The position numbers and the translations under genes were made by a program. Below, in pieces: positions 37,315-51,848 of a stretch of 64,000 nt of DNA (the stretch's first letter is position 1; every line of letters begins with the position of its first letter). The DNA is from Owenia fusiformis (Eukaryota). Under the pieces are notes generated by a model. The model saw only the letters and a list, made by a program, of their open reading frames with translations. It did not search any database and was not told where the DNA came from. The stretch spans positions 6,696,001 to 6,760,000 of the forward strand of contig CAIIXF020000001.1 in assembly GCA_903813345.2 (NCBI GenBank), given 5' to 3'.

Positions 37315-40094
37315 GTTTTCAGTGTCGCAAATGTGCATGACATCATAAACAGTATAATGTATATTACATTGAAATAAATAAATCAGGGATAGTTAATCTG
37401 GAGTGTTTGTACAGTCATATATTAGGCACAATTCATCTGAAACATTGTGCATATTCATATTTTATATTATAACTGTAACCTGTGACACTTTTTCAAATAA
37501 ATGAACAAGGAAAATGCTTGTATTCATGCAGAATTCACAAATAGATTTTGATATCTAAAAATAAACTTTTCTGCACCCCCATGTATCCAAATATTAAACA
37601 AGACTTCCTGTAAATATTACCAGAAATGAAGGGACTGTTGATGGACCTGGCTTAATGGTGACTGCACTTTATCCGTAAAGAACATTGTGTGGAAAACTTT
37701 AAAAAACAGACATCTGAAGCAAGACCATTCGTTATATTCAAAATAAAATGTTATATGATTAACATCTGAGAACATTTATTATGTTTAAAGCCATACCTTA
37801 TGAGATAGTGAAAGGTTCATGATCATCATCCCCTCTCCCAGCATGTTTGGCAGCTCCAAATATATCTAGAAGATAAATCATAATAAATCAATTATTTCCA
37901 CTTTGAACAATCATTCTAAAAGATAATGAGCAGATCCTTTATAAAATTACAATTGTAGAGTAAATCTTTAAAAGATCAAACTCACATCACTTACTAGTCT
38001 TTAAAACTCTACCCAATTGACATAACATTCTTACTCGTATCGTAATAATTGAAAACAGAGTTCATCCAAATACAAGTTAGTTGGCATTTGGCTCTGTTAT
38101 GTTGTTACTTTGGGCTGTGGATTCATGCACATAATTAATCAGTTCAGTGTCAGCTATTGTCAAGCAGATGATGCCATCTATTCATTGTAACAGCATTTCT
38201 AAAATGTTAAAACATAGTAGTGTCAATGATAAATATTAAAAAAATAACCAGACATGAACATGCAAAATGTCACCACCTGCAGTTTGTTACAGATGGTGAA
38301 GTCGGAACACCTAATTCTGAGCGCCAACGGGCCAACACCATCCACAAAAAGTAGGATCTATCATCACTTTTTGTGGTGACATAAAAAGTGTTTTTATTCT
38401 CAGTTAGATTATAATACAAAACCACAAACCAAACATGAAAATACTCAAAATGACTCAAAACTCTAAACAATATAAATAATATAAATAAATAATATAGTCA
38501 TGTAAAACCACAAAGTACTCAGGTTACAAGTATTTCATCAATTGTGGTTAGAATGATGGTCTACAATTTCTATCGAGATTGCCAACTCTTAGACTGTATA
38601 TTACCTCAGACTGGCAATCTCTAGGAAGCATCATTGTCTCTATCTCCCTCTACTGATGTCCACATTCATTTTATAGCCCCTTTGAGGAATAGTATTTATC
38701 ATATTATCTTCACATATCTTTTCATGTCCAGTTCTTGCTGAAACACACATTTTTAATGGCATTTATTAGAAATAGAAAAACAATAAAGCAGAGAAAAGAT
38801 GGACAATCCTCGATTTAATAAAAAGGACCTACGGTCCTGTGCTCACACAGGGTTTTGTGAAGCCAATGATGATTGACTTTATACATGAGAAAGTTCCCTG
38901 AAAATGACAAAGTCCTACTTTTTGTCAAATTTTATAGAGTAAACCAAAAACTGTAATTTCAAGAGCTTTTATTATTTACAATATACACCACGTTCCTGCT
39001 CTGAATTTGTCATTTTATGGGTTGTTTATACACTGTTAACTTACAGTTAATAGTTCGAGTGGCTCTGAGGCATATATACTGAAAAACACGAGATTGGACT
39101 TAAAATTATGAACTTGGATATCTCAGTCGGTAAGTTTACAGCTTATATTCTGCTTTTAGTAAACCACCTGGCAGATTTGACCCAGTCTTTTTAACCATAC
39201 ATATATACGTCACCGAATGGAACTAGTTGAAAGGTCTTGCCTACAGGTGAGAAAGCGAACATGATGTATTTCCCATCCGCCATTTTTTTGTTATTGTTAC
39301 TGCAAAATTTTGCAAATCGCCTTGACGTAACCGTCATGCTATAATAGCGTGTATACTGTCTGAATATATCTACCCTGTGGAGTCTAGTTATGAACTATTC
39401 TCTGCCTAGTATAGACTACATTACAGCCCAGCCCCAAATATTGGTGCCTGTGACAGGCCGTGTAATAAATCATTTCAAATCTACCACGGTGACCCTTCTT
39501 CCATATTTCGATGACAAACTCTGATTGGCTCAGTGAGATCATGGGCTTTCAACTAAGCCCATGGTGAGATCAAAGATGTATTGTAAACTGGAAGAGTGAA
39601 GACGAAGCTCTCTTTTAAGAAGTGAAGTCGAACGAATGCAAAGGGTAGAATATATCATGCTTATACAATTATGTTCACAACAGGTCGCAAAAATTAGTTA
39701 AACAATAGCTCTGTTCACTGTGTTCATTACATATTACCATCCAAAATGTTTGACACCTGTCATTATTTCTATTAATTTATTTATATTTATTTGTAACTCA
39801 TTCTTCACTTATTATGGTAAATCATGCAATCAAAATTGCAATTGTGTAATAATAATTAATGTAGCCATATATGTTTTTATCTTGATCTGACAGATGTAAT
39901 TGCTGTCAAATGAAAGATCCAATAACAGCTTTTGCGACAAGTACATACTCGTACCGGAATTATGAAACAAAGGACACAAAAATCTTTCATCATCTTCAAC
40001 TACCACACATGTTGCATCAGTAGATAATTTAAAATCGGAGAATTTATTTCCTATTACCAAAAAGGCACATATAATCAAATCAAATAAAATAGAA

Positions 40095-41432
40095 ATGGAA
40101 TTGATATCAGTGTGCATCTTTTTTCTGCTTTTGTTGGAGGATGCTATTTCGACTCAGTTAATAACCACAGGGGTAACAGTAAAAGCCAACATGAATGTTA
40201 AGATAACTGACGACCCAGATGAAACAATTATGAAGATTAACACGTGGAACCATTGCATGCTGCTATGTGTTCATAAACAAACCTGTAAGGAGTTTAACTA
40301 CCATGGTGATTCCTCCAGATGCGAGATGTATACGTCAGCGGGTTGCAAGAACTTTGATAATTCAACAGGGTGGAGATTTGGTTACATCGAAGCAGGTTTA
40401 AAAATTACATATTACTGATGATTAGGATAATTTTATTAATATTTTGAATTTGAAACTGTATGTACATGTTATTTTGCAAATACTAATATGCCTCCTTGAA
40501 CTCAAATTTTTTAGATATTCACGGGTTGTCATCGAAAAATTTGTCCAGCTTGATGAAGCATGGTATTTCTTGTAAAAACACTAAAAAAACTTCACAAATT
40601 ATTTTTTAACTCATACATCATTATTCCAAGGAAAATTAACTACTCCATGCAATGAGTAGTTCATCTGTTTAACTGCTCCATTAAGCTGGACAATAATTAT
40701 TACAGATTAGACTGATGTTTTACTATATAACCAAAGATTTCTTGAACTCGACCTAGCTTAAGTCAAAATAATTTATTTCAGATCAGCAAAGAAATACAAC
40801 AACCAGGAACATCAATGTAGCGCTTAATAAACCTACATATCAGTCTGGCACCTATAATGGGATTCCTTATGGGGAGCCTGCTGGTTTCGCAGCAAATGCA
40901 GTAGATGGTAGTACAAACACAGAGTATAGGTCTGGTTCATGTTCGCATACAAACCATGAACTAAATCCATGGTGGATTGTAGACCTTGGAAAGTCATATC
41001 ACATTGATCGAATTGTTATTTGGAATCGAAAATTGAAAGGTAAGAGGCCATCTAAAATTGAATTTTGGTATAGCTATTAAACATTGGTGAAAGCAATTAA
41101 AATTGAATTTTGTTACCACAAAGTATATGCATTGACAACCACACAGCACTGCTTGATTCAGCTACATGTAACTCAATGACATTTCTATTTCAAAAGCACA
41201 CAGACTCCATGACTTTTCTATTGACACCGCCTGTCACTTTGATGGAGTGAACCCAGACAACACAAACTGGACGAGACAGCATCTGCATGTTGGAACATTG
41301 GATGTTAATCCTAAAGTCATGCCACTTCCTAATTCCGCAGTTGGCAGATTCGTAAAGATAGAAAAAACAGTTCCTACGTATGCAGATAAGAACATCTTAT
41401 CTCTATGTGAAGTTAAGATCTATGTAGTCTAA
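40095..41432 (+). CDS. Secreted PAN/apple + F-type lectin (fucolectin-like) protein (~264 aa)
   Basis: Exons 40095-40395, 40782-41039, 41197-41432 (phase 1, 795 nt). Signal MELISVCIFFLLLL; PAN CMLLC...CKEFNY...RCEMY; FTL motifs NVALNKPTYQS, AVDG, CSHT, PWWIVDLG, WNR, GRFVKI, LSLCEVKIY. Confidence 0.9.
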
Positions 41433-42141
41433 TATGCTAATATCTGGCTGTCAGGTAAAAGAACTTTCATCCAAAAGCCACAGACTGTTACAGAAGGGAT
41501 TCATCTCAAAAAGCAAGGATCAGGTCAGCTAATTAAGTAATCAGCTCAAAAGCTTTTCTTATGTTTTCACTATGCTCACTAATATATTTTCATATACATT
41601 CTGAGGTCAATTGATTAAAGAGAGAATCAGAGATAGCGAGCAGGCTAAACAAAAAATTGTTCCAATTTTAGAATATTTTTGGCTCATGTCATTCCTTGTC
41701 ATGTCTATTTTCTAAAAATCACAAAAGTGCATACTTTATTCCAGGAAAACTAAAGATTTTTACAATAATGTATTATTTTTCTATAAGAATGGTTACCATT
41801 CTTATTATTTGGGAGAATTTAAACATTTTTCACTCATTTTTGCACTATGAATCATTAATAACTTCACCAATTTATAACATATTGTGAATCTTTTAGGAGA
41901 TATTGTATTTGATATTGTAAGGAACAGATTTGTAGGTCAATTATACATGTTGCTTGTAATTTTTTCACCCCCTATAGATCAGATTCTGCCTTTAAGAGAC
42001 CTTGCAGTTTTTAGAGTTTCAGTCATGTTATTTTGAGGTTATACTACATTAAAATACAAAAAGAGACAGATACGTTAACCAAATCACAAAGAATCTAAAA
42101 CATAAAAAGTTAGGTCTCTCTCTATAACTATATTTTCCATA

Positions 42142-42713
42142 TAAAAAACGATTTTCAGTTTGGAGAACAAAAATCATTTGCATATTTCGACGTTATCGAT
42201 GTTGCCAAAAATTTTCATATTTTTATGTATTATTGTATATATAAATGTCCTCTTTTGTATACAGTTTTAATGATGGCAATATTCTTAATTTTTTCATAAA
42301 AAATATTAGTGAACAAAGTATACCCTACATCATTTTCATTATTCATACCAACTTTTGATCAACATGTATTGCATAATTTTGTTGGACGGATGTAAAAAAA
42401 TTAACAGATAATGTATTTTGGCATGTTATGAGCATAAAATGAAAAAATCATTTGAATATGCTTATTAAAAATATTGAAAAACAATAAATTCTTAAATCAA
42501 ATCAACAGGATTATTCAAAACATGTTGTACGAATCATGAAAACGATGATACTCTTTTTATGAAAAAAATTAAAAATATTCCCACCATTAAAACTAAAGTA
42601 TACAAAAGAGGACATTTAAATATACAATACATAAAAATATGAAAATTTTTGGTGACATGGATATCATCAATATGCAGATGAATTCGGTCCTCCAAACTGA
42701 AAATCGTCCTTTA
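42142..42713. mobile_element. Foldback MITE with long TIRs
   Basis: acgattttcagtttggag...aaatgtcctcttttgtatac / gtatacaaaagaggacattt...ctccaaactgaaaatcgt. Confidence 0.75.
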
Positions 42714-42933
42714 CACCAGTGTCATTTTTAATGTTTATATAAACACATTCATATGTTAGCACTATCTAACTAGAGGTGCCAATGATCTTAACATCTTCTT
42801 GCAAGGTAGAATGAGATGAATAAAAACATCGCCAAATACGTACAATTCCTAAGAAAAGTAAAATAAATTGTATAAAATCAAGAAAATGTATTTTAACAGA
42901 CATGCATGGATTTTCAATCATTATGTCCCACTA

Positions 42934-43554
42934 CAGGGTGGGCCAAAAAACGCCACTTTTTTTCAAGACACTACAACTTTTTTATTTTCCAACCTACATA
43001 CCCCAAATTTTGCAGTTATGTAGTGCCAGGGGTTGTTAGTAATAATATAATGTAACAAGTCCTTCAACTTGGATTATATTTGATCTAAAAGGGGGTTTCA
43101 ATTGGTCTGCCATCCTAATTGATGATAAATTTTAGTTTTAGTCTCCTTGCTGATATTGCAGTATCAATGAAATGTTAGTTAAGTTTTTTTTCAACCTGTC
43201 TTAATTGCCAGCTTTAGTTGAGCAATTTTCTAGATTGGGTGCCTACATACAATCTCCTGGAGACCTTCCCAGACCCTATACTCACTGGGGTTTGCATCAG
43301 GGCTATTAGCTTGGCGATCATCAGGCCGTATCAGTTCAGGAACATTTTGCAAATTATGCTTATTTCTAATGGCATACCACATGTTTAAGTGAGACGCTGG
43401 TGACATATTCTATTCAAGTAAAAGTGTGTAATTCATGATCCATGGCTAGATAACAACCTAAAGTTTCATTTGGTATGCAAATTATGATTTAATGTCAAAA
43501 ATTAAAAAAGTTATAGCATTTTGAAAAAAAAGTGGCGTTTTTTGGCCCACCCTG
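42934..43554 (-). mobile_element. Internally deleted Tc1/mariner transposon with a transposase C-terminal remnant
   Basis: TA|cagggtgggccaaaaaacgccactttttt...aaaaaagtggcgttttttggcccaccctg|TA. Minus strand reads ANSPDANPSEYRVWEGLQEIV (the SPDLNP motif region) with downstream stops. Confidence 0.85.
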
Positions 43555-44890
43555 TATAAGGACGAGGACATAAAAAATATGTGCACTGAAAATACTTGTA
43601 ATGTCTACCCAAATAATTAGGGGCTTAATATGCAAGGTGAAAGGAGACTAGTACAAATAAATTGGCAGGTATGGCATAATGCAATGGGTTGCTTAGAGAT
43701 ATTCCTATTCCTTCAGAGCATTCCGTTTTTAATTAATAAGATTCATTAACTTTTGGTGTAAACTTTCTATAGACAAATCATCTGATCATAAAAAATGCAT
43801 TTCCATTGCCTGATGGAAACCACAAATAAAAGAAAGTGTCAAGTTAAGAGGCAGTGTCTGACAAGTGTACAATAAGACTGTAGCCCTCTTGATATTTTTG
43901 CATTAGGATATTGTATGCAGAAATGAATTATTAACTGGATGGTTGGAAATTGAACAAAAACCAAAAACCTGCTTTGAATCTGATTGGCTGATTGGGTTCA
44001 AATCAAGTGACATATGAGATTCAAAGTGATGGAAAATCCCCTTGATGGTGGAAAGCTCAAATTGTGTTCAATTCTGACAGTTAATGGTCATTGTATTGAC
44101 TTTTCAATATACCACAAGTTGGTCTCAAGATATATCTACGCAATCATTGTAAATTGAGTTCAGTTCTGACAGTTCCCTGTTCTGTTTTGTTCCCTGTTCT
44201 CAATAGGAATATCTCTTGAGTTAACATTCCTAGGGAATAACCAAATAGGTATACTCTACCCATTAATTGCTGTAGGAGGGAAAGTCGCGGGGGTACCTGG
44301 CCCTGTTGAAGCCTTACAGCAGCTAGAGAATGCATATTTGTTATAAAGATTACTTCACTCCACTGAGGGAATACTTGTGCATATTCTCTACAAAGTTCAA
44401 TCTTGTTAAAGTTTCACACAGGCATTCCCAATATAGGATGAAATATTTGTTTTATTATTCACTGTTAATTGTCTCTCATTTTGTAACATAAATGAACCCT
44501 CTTTCTGATGGCAATATGAACAAATTCAATGACAAACAGAGTGTAGAAAATTTCCAATTCCAAAATGAGGCTCAAATATCTGGAGCATGTGAAGAGGTTT
44601 AATTCTAGTGGAGGGATATAACAAAAGGAGAGGAAAATATCATGTAATAACTTAGGGTCATGTGGCCTGGGTTCAGCCAATCACAGAATGAGAAACATAA
44701 CAATGGGATAATAATATTTAACATCAAATAACAAACCCAAAGGGATTCACTTGAAATCATTACAGGTCTAATTAAATCATAAAATATAGGGGTGGCCAAC
44801 TTGACAAAATAAATCAGATTCTTGTTATTGTTTTTTGAAAGTTGACAGGTTTACTTCAAATTTCAAAATCCCTGAAGAATGGTGTTTTAA

Positions 44891-45075
44891 TAAAGGACCC
44901 ATGGTCCTGTGCTCACAGAGTGTAGTGGATATGCATAAAATGAATGTGGATATGACTCAATCCGAATAGCAGTTTCAATTTATGCGGCCAATGTTGACGG
45001 ATGGACGGATGGACGGACCAACGGACGGACGGACGCCTGGTCGATCCCATAGGCTCACTGTGTGAGCCAAAAAAC
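44891..45075 (+). mobile_element. Short HINE-like element with a (GGAC/GGAT)n microsatellite
   Basis: aaaggacccatggtcctgtgctcac...gacggatggacggatggacggacc...ggctcactgtgtgagcc hairpin, then aaaaa; a similar 5' end occurs at ~38822. Confidence 0.6.
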
Positions 45076-46204
45076 AAAACAAATCTTTGTGCAATGAACA
45101 AGCATTGAATTTGAATGGTGTATAAATTCTTGTACAATTGTAACATTGATTATTGTGGTTGAAAGTTGTTACTTCTTACTCACCCATTAATAGACAAGGA
45201 CAAAAAGATAGTGACATTCCTATTATTGCATCTTCAACCTACAAAACAAAAGTGATTATTAAAGTACCCATGTAAAGTTTGAAAATATGTTTTTATCATT
45301 CATTTACTATTTTTTATGAGTTTAAAATTGACTTTAGACTTTAGAAAAAAATTTGTAAGCTTTTCATTTTTAAATATACGAATTTCCGGCCATTTTCAAA
45401 TTAAAGTTGAATTCTTTTAATCATCAAATATTCCACTATACAGGGTGTTTCATAGGTATGCAATTGAAATTGCAAAGTTTCAGAATCCAGGGGTGTCCTT
45501 GAAAAAATATTAAATCTAGTTACCTTTGGACCTGTATGTCTTGTGTTTCATCTTCATCCATTTCAGACCTGCCATACTTCACATATCTATGGTTTTCAGT
45601 TATTTTCAAATTGCTTCATGTACCCAAAACATGTTTATACTACAATGTACTCTTAAATTGATCATGACATGCCATGTCTAAAGACACAATATGATGTATG
45701 GAAACAACTTAACATGAAGGAAAAACATCTCCCATTTCTACTTCATCACAAACATCACATTGTAATAGCAAGCTATGTAATACTGCAAATCTTTATTGGC
45801 AATCTCATTGGTTCTAAGACACTAGATACATGTATATAATAACACAGAGGTATTTTACAATCAAATGTAACAATATATAACAGAAAATACAGAAATACTG
45901 TAAATTAAAACTTTTAATAAACAACAATATGTTAGCACCGCAGAATAAATACTCATATCTAATTGTTCAATTGGGGGTAAACAATTTGCACAGATTACTC
46001 CAACCTATAAGTGAGCATAATGATATGAATTTTATCCTGTAAATAACATATAATGTAATCCATTATACCAAGAAAATGTTCCTGAGCCAGTTGAGTATAA
46101 TGTTTACTGCACTATTGAAGTCATACACAGTTGCTTGGTGTTCCATCTATATAACACATCATTTCTTCTCATGATCCTTTTTAACATGAGATTCACCATA
46201 GAAT

Positions 46205-49200
46205 CTAACTGAAGAAATAGGTGGAATCAAGCACTTCAGAGAGATCAAAGTCACCTGGAATACAATATACAACTTTAACATTTCTCTCTCACAAGTAAGA
46301 AAGTACAAAGGGCAACATATTGAAAAGTGAAGTTTAGCAATTGGCCCTATTAATAATGATTTGTGATAATGCTTTGACTGCCTCCCCTCCAAATATATAT
46401 ATTTTTTTAAATCATGTATATATTTCTTATCTTATAACTTTGTATACATCAAGTCATTTTACAATATTACAATATTTGTGAAAAATGATACAATTTCAAT
46501 TCTTTAACATTATTACAAAAGGTTACAAATATAACGTACTGGTTGCTATGCTAACCATTTAAAATATAAACATATTTTTCATTTTTGCATCATAATCATA
46601 CACAATGTTCCTTCCTTCATTCTTGGAAGAAGGAAGGAGCGTTGTGTATGATTCTGTAAGCCTGCGATATGGAGGATGCATTTTTGATGATCTCAAAGAA
46701 CTTCCAAATAAGACTGATACTCAAAGAATTGCAGAAAAAGAAACTGACATTATGACTTTAAAAAAAAAATTACAGCAAACACAGAGTAATTGCAAAGATT
46801 GGAAAAATGAAAATGGTGGGAGCAATCAGTGGTAATCATGGCTGAATCTTACATGTTTAGCAACTCTATTATGGGACAATTTGCTTTACTCTACTACAGA
46901 TTGAAGGAGTTCTCACCTCGACTTGGAAGATTTGATGTGAGATTATCTAGGAATTCTCGGGCTAACCTCTCGGCCTTGTACCTTGAAGTCCTCTCACCAA
47001 ACATGCTGCAATCAAAAATTAAATACATGTATGTCTATTTATACATGCAGATCATTGGTATAGTGTTGCAAAAATAGCAAGAGGACCGTGTCATAGGTAC
47101 AGCACTCTACTGCTGAGCTTTATGGGATAGTACTTTACTTCTAACATTAATCTACATACAGAAGGAGTGAGTAGCTCCCACAATTCTTTCATATTCTATC
47201 ATACTCGGGGATTCCCCAGTATATGATGTCCAATCAAATTGCAGGATATGATAAAGTGAACAATCATGAGCACCAAAAGTCATCTTTCCCCCATGGTTCA
47301 CTTTATGAAAGTTACATGAAATGTGCATAGTTCAACCTCAGTCTATGGGCACTTGACCGAGTTCTTTAAAACTTTGAAGTAAGAAATCATACTAAACGCA
47401 GTAACAATTGAGGCAAAACCAAGAGATTCTGGCTTTTCTTTAAAATTCCAATTTAGATAAACTTGTTTTATGTGGTGGTGACATAACAAAACCATCAATA
47501 GATGGATCAATAGATTTACAACAGCATAATACAGAAAATCAAGTCTCACCTGTCATGCTTGAAAGATTTAAATCTCTCAATGAAATGTTTGGACAGATCT
47601 TCAAGTATTGGTTGGTTGTGGAGGGCGAGAAATTGTTCTCTACATATTCTATTCATGATCTCTACATCACATGGATGGGTCCAGAAACAGTCATGGACAG
47701 AAGCAAATGTTATACCAGCCCTAGAAATAGTGGTAAAAAGGTTTTAAACATTAAGAAGGTAAGTGTATAATAATACAATACAAGGCATTAACATGCAAAA
47801 TGTCACAACCTGCCATTTGTTACAGATGCCGAATGCTGTTTGCCAAACACTGACGGCCAAGTGCCAACCACAAAAAGCCAAACATCATCCACATTCAACA
47901 AAAAAGTTGGAGACTATAACAATATGGGCATAATAAATCATTCGCTGATTCAAATAAACTAGAAAAACAATAATTGTTCTGAAGAATATCTTTTGAAGGT
48001 TGAAAGTCTCATATATTCTTTGAGAAAACATTGGATATATAAAGTTTATATTTAATTATGTATGTTTTTACCAGTAAATGAAGTCAAAGTGTGCATTTGG
48101 GTGATTCCAGATTGTAATAAGAATTATATATCCCTTGGCACGAATATACTTGATATATGTATGCCACATGGGCCAGTTCGCTAGTTCACCACCATTGTAT
48201 AATTGAATGAAGACAGTGATCAGATTACTGAGTATGAAATATATGAATATGCATATATACCTGAGGCAGTGAATGGAGGTTAGCATCATATGAGTAGAAT
48301 CTAACGAATGGATGAAGTTTGGAGGGAATGCATTCTTCTGCTTTTGTGAATTTGGCTTTCTGAAAATAAATAAAAATACAAGTAAACTGAAAACCACATA
48401 GATGAATCATGCGCAACATACTACAAAAATGAGGAATCTAATAGGCTTAATAAAATATATGCATAAATTATTTATCTTTAATGCTTTAGAAACAAAACTA
48501 GATTGCAATGTCACAGATCACTAAAACCAAATGAGAACAATAAGACAGACAGAAGGACAGATAGGGGGGGGGCTTTACTATTCCCAAATGGACACATATA
48601 TTGAAACAGAGAAATGGAATTTTAACATGACAAGATGTCACCACCTTGTTGCTCACAATATTTTGAGTTCAATCTTAACTTGTAGATGATTTTGAAAAAA
48701 TAAATTGTTCAATTTGAAGCAAGTTGAAAAAATACCTTTTTTACCCCGAGAGGGTCATTTGAAGGTGAAATCTAAAGTCATATGTGAACTTCTGAGAACT
48801 TGTATTGTAGATGATTTTGAAAAAATGGTCATTTTGAAACAAGACAAAAAAGGCCTTTTTGACCCTCGAAAGGTCATTCAAGGTTAAATTTAAAGATCAG
48901 ATTTGAACTTCTGATCACTTGTAGATGATTTTTAAAAAGATTGGTCAATTTGAAGCAATTTGAAAAAATACCTTTTGACCTTTTTAATAAAAACCCACTG
49001 TTCCTTTAATAAAGTATCGCAAATAAAAACCTTAAAGGAATGTTGAAAGAAGGGAAGACCTACACTGGTAATGATACTCAGGAGAGAACCATTGTAGGTG
49101 TATATTTACAAGATGAATTACGCCTGACATCCATTCAAAAAGGACTTCACACAAAGGCCAAGTCTTTGATCAAGAAATCAAAGCTTGTGGTTGTTTCAAC

Positions 49201-51848
49201 AATAGTCTACCAACAAAACATCCCTTCCGATAAAGCGTTATCATTATGGAACATTTATCTTGTAATGATTCTGTTTTTCATTTTCTGAATATTAGAGAGT
49301 TAATTTCCGTCCAGCCAACACATGAAATTTTGAGAATATATTGCACTAACTAAACTGCAACACAGAACTATGCAATTAATATAACTATTAATATAAACTT
49401 ATTACATTTAATCAATGTTTTATACTTGAATATCAAATTTTGTTAATTTCACACACTAGACTCAAATGTAATATATTTCATGTTCACCGTCACATTTACT
49501 AACACATGAATAAAAGCAGCTAACGACACCTGAATGTGTACTTTAGCATCGTGAATGTTTTGAAACTGTTAACCATTTGAATCGCTTAATTGATTGCTAT
49601 TCAGAAATAGATACAAAGCCATTAAATCTCCTTTCAGTATAAAACAGTATTAAACCTTTAATAAATAGTATTTCATTAAACTCATCAAAGAGAACACCTA
49701 AGCTAGCTAGTCTCAAGATTTTCCTGCTGTTAAATAGAAGGCACAGTAATCTTGTCTCAAGATTTTCTTTTGTTTCATCTACCAAACAATGAAATGATGT
49801 AAAGTTCAATATGCGAGATTCAAAGCTTTCCCATTTAAACTCATAGTTCATTCAACAAAAACAATAGTTTTCGGATGAAAGGTTTTAAGCAAGAAAAACA
49901 GCAACTCTGCAGAGTAGCAAATCCCATTGAACAAGACATATTTTATGAAATCATTCTTCATTCGGGACATTTACATTGTCTTATTTTGGCCCATGACATA
50001 ACGTGATAAGAAAGAACATTGGGAGGTTTAAAGAAAACGTTGAGATGCTGTTTCTATTAGTTCTGGACTATACTGATAAAAAATCATAGAAAAATCACAG
50101 TAAATTATAGAAAGGTGTCTCAACTGCTAATATACAATTCTTGCTGAATTCAACCTGGATGAAAACAATAGACCTGAAAAGCTTAAGGTCTGGTACTTCC
50201 AGTATGGAACCATTTAAATTGTTCATTTCCCATGTATGACTTTTCCATGACCACAATAATAATATGACACTTACTGTAAAGTAATCCCTCCTGCTTTTTT
50301 GATGACTTTATAGTATGGCTGTATGACAGGGAGACCTACTGGCGTGACCCAATCTACAGGCTGACTGTATGTTTTGGCAATCAGTTCGGCTGTAAGTGTT
50401 AGCCAATCCTGGGAACAAAGGCAACTCAATAATAACAGGACTTAATTCTGGTAGTGTACATTCAAAATACTGCCAATATTTTTTCACTAATGGTGAGATT
50501 TGATTTTAATACTGTATAAACAAGATTTTAAAGGTCTCGAGTTAAAAGTTTGAGCATCCAACTCCTCTTATTATAAAAAATCTAGAGCAAACGGTAATAA
50601 ATTTTTTGATTGACTCTCGTACTTCTGGTTTTATAACCAAAGGACAAGGTGCGATTATTGGCAAATATCCCTATGGTCAAAATGAATCATTCGTAGGTGT
50701 AACATGAAGAATAAAATGTCATATAATACTTTGGAAAATATTAAAGTGCTCAGACACACATAAGCTGAGATAGGGATCATTTCGTTCAGTAAGGTTGTTT
50801 TGACTTACATGGGGCTGTGCACCATTGACTTAACATGAGGATATCAGTAGATCCCAATAGAGGCCATTGGTTTCCATTGATTATCACAGAAATACCATAA
50901 ATACACTATGACCTGAATCGATTGCAAACTTAATAATTTCACAATACGACACAAATTGTTTATCTCATCAAATGTGCAAATATGAAGTTTGCAATCGATT
51001 CAGGTCATACTTAAAATTAAAAGATTGTACATTTTTCATCATTTTTTTCCCTACAAAATGGCTATGGAAAAATGCTCCAAAAACAACTTTTACACTTATG
51101 AAATATCATACAAGTTTGTAAAACCAAAGATTATACTATTATATTTCATTATGTAGTAACATATTTGGATAAGATGCAGGGATGCGTAGGATGTAAATGG
51201 ATTTTGACAGACACAAAAATACTTCCTGGTCTGGAATCTATGCCTCTACACTTCATGATTGAATTATGACCCTAATAAGTGGCCTATACTTCAATACAGT
51301 GCTGAATATAGGTTAACAAGATACTAGTGTGCATATAAATGTAATAATTGAAGCAGAATACTCATTTTGAAAAATCAGATGAATTATTTTTTTCCCATGG
51401 GGAGATCCCAATGGAGGGTGTATAAGGTCCTTTATTGTGTGAAATATCATTAGGAATAAAATGCTTTGTAGTGTGAGGATTTAAAATAGGATAATATGTA
51501 AATTTATGTCATTTGCAGGTGGCAGAGGTACAACTTCTTTTTATCTCAAGAAAATAGGCACATTGGCCTCTTGATATGAAATGAGATCCATTATAGCTGC
51601 TAATATCAGTAATGATAGACCTTGCCCATAATGCAGCTAAATTAAACAAACAAACAAACCTGTATTTCTTTGGTAGCTGGGAACATTCCCTGTAGACACG
51701 TAAAGGTTTTATCTGCTAAGTAAATACTCGCTGCCCACGCTTCACTTTGAGGGAACTCTGGAATGTCCTTCAACTGTCGCAGAATCTGTGCCTTAGCTCC
51801 ATATTTGGTAACACCGTAAACTGTGGTCATGACTGTCTGTTTAATCAC
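46205..51848 (-). CDS. POLRMT: Mitochondrial (T7-like single-subunit) RNA polymerase, last six coding exons; 5' part not found in window
   Basis: Exons 51660-51848 ([14 protein letters not shown], motif B), 50275-50408 ([13 protein letters not shown]), 48261-48359 ([20 protein letters not shown]), 47550-47720 ([11 protein letters not shown], motif C), 46917-47005, 46205-46254 ([16 protein letters not shown]). All GT-AG and in phase. Confidence 0.95.

Noticed and set aside
46605-47770. Plus-strand ORFs at 46605, 46829, 47555 and 47559
   Set aside because: Antisense to POLRMT exons or introns; no domain features.
46205-51848. Phage T7-like polymerase as a sign of viral insertion or horizontal transfer
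   Set aside because: Spliceosomal introns and the YFFS* end fit the ordinary nuclear POLRMT gene.
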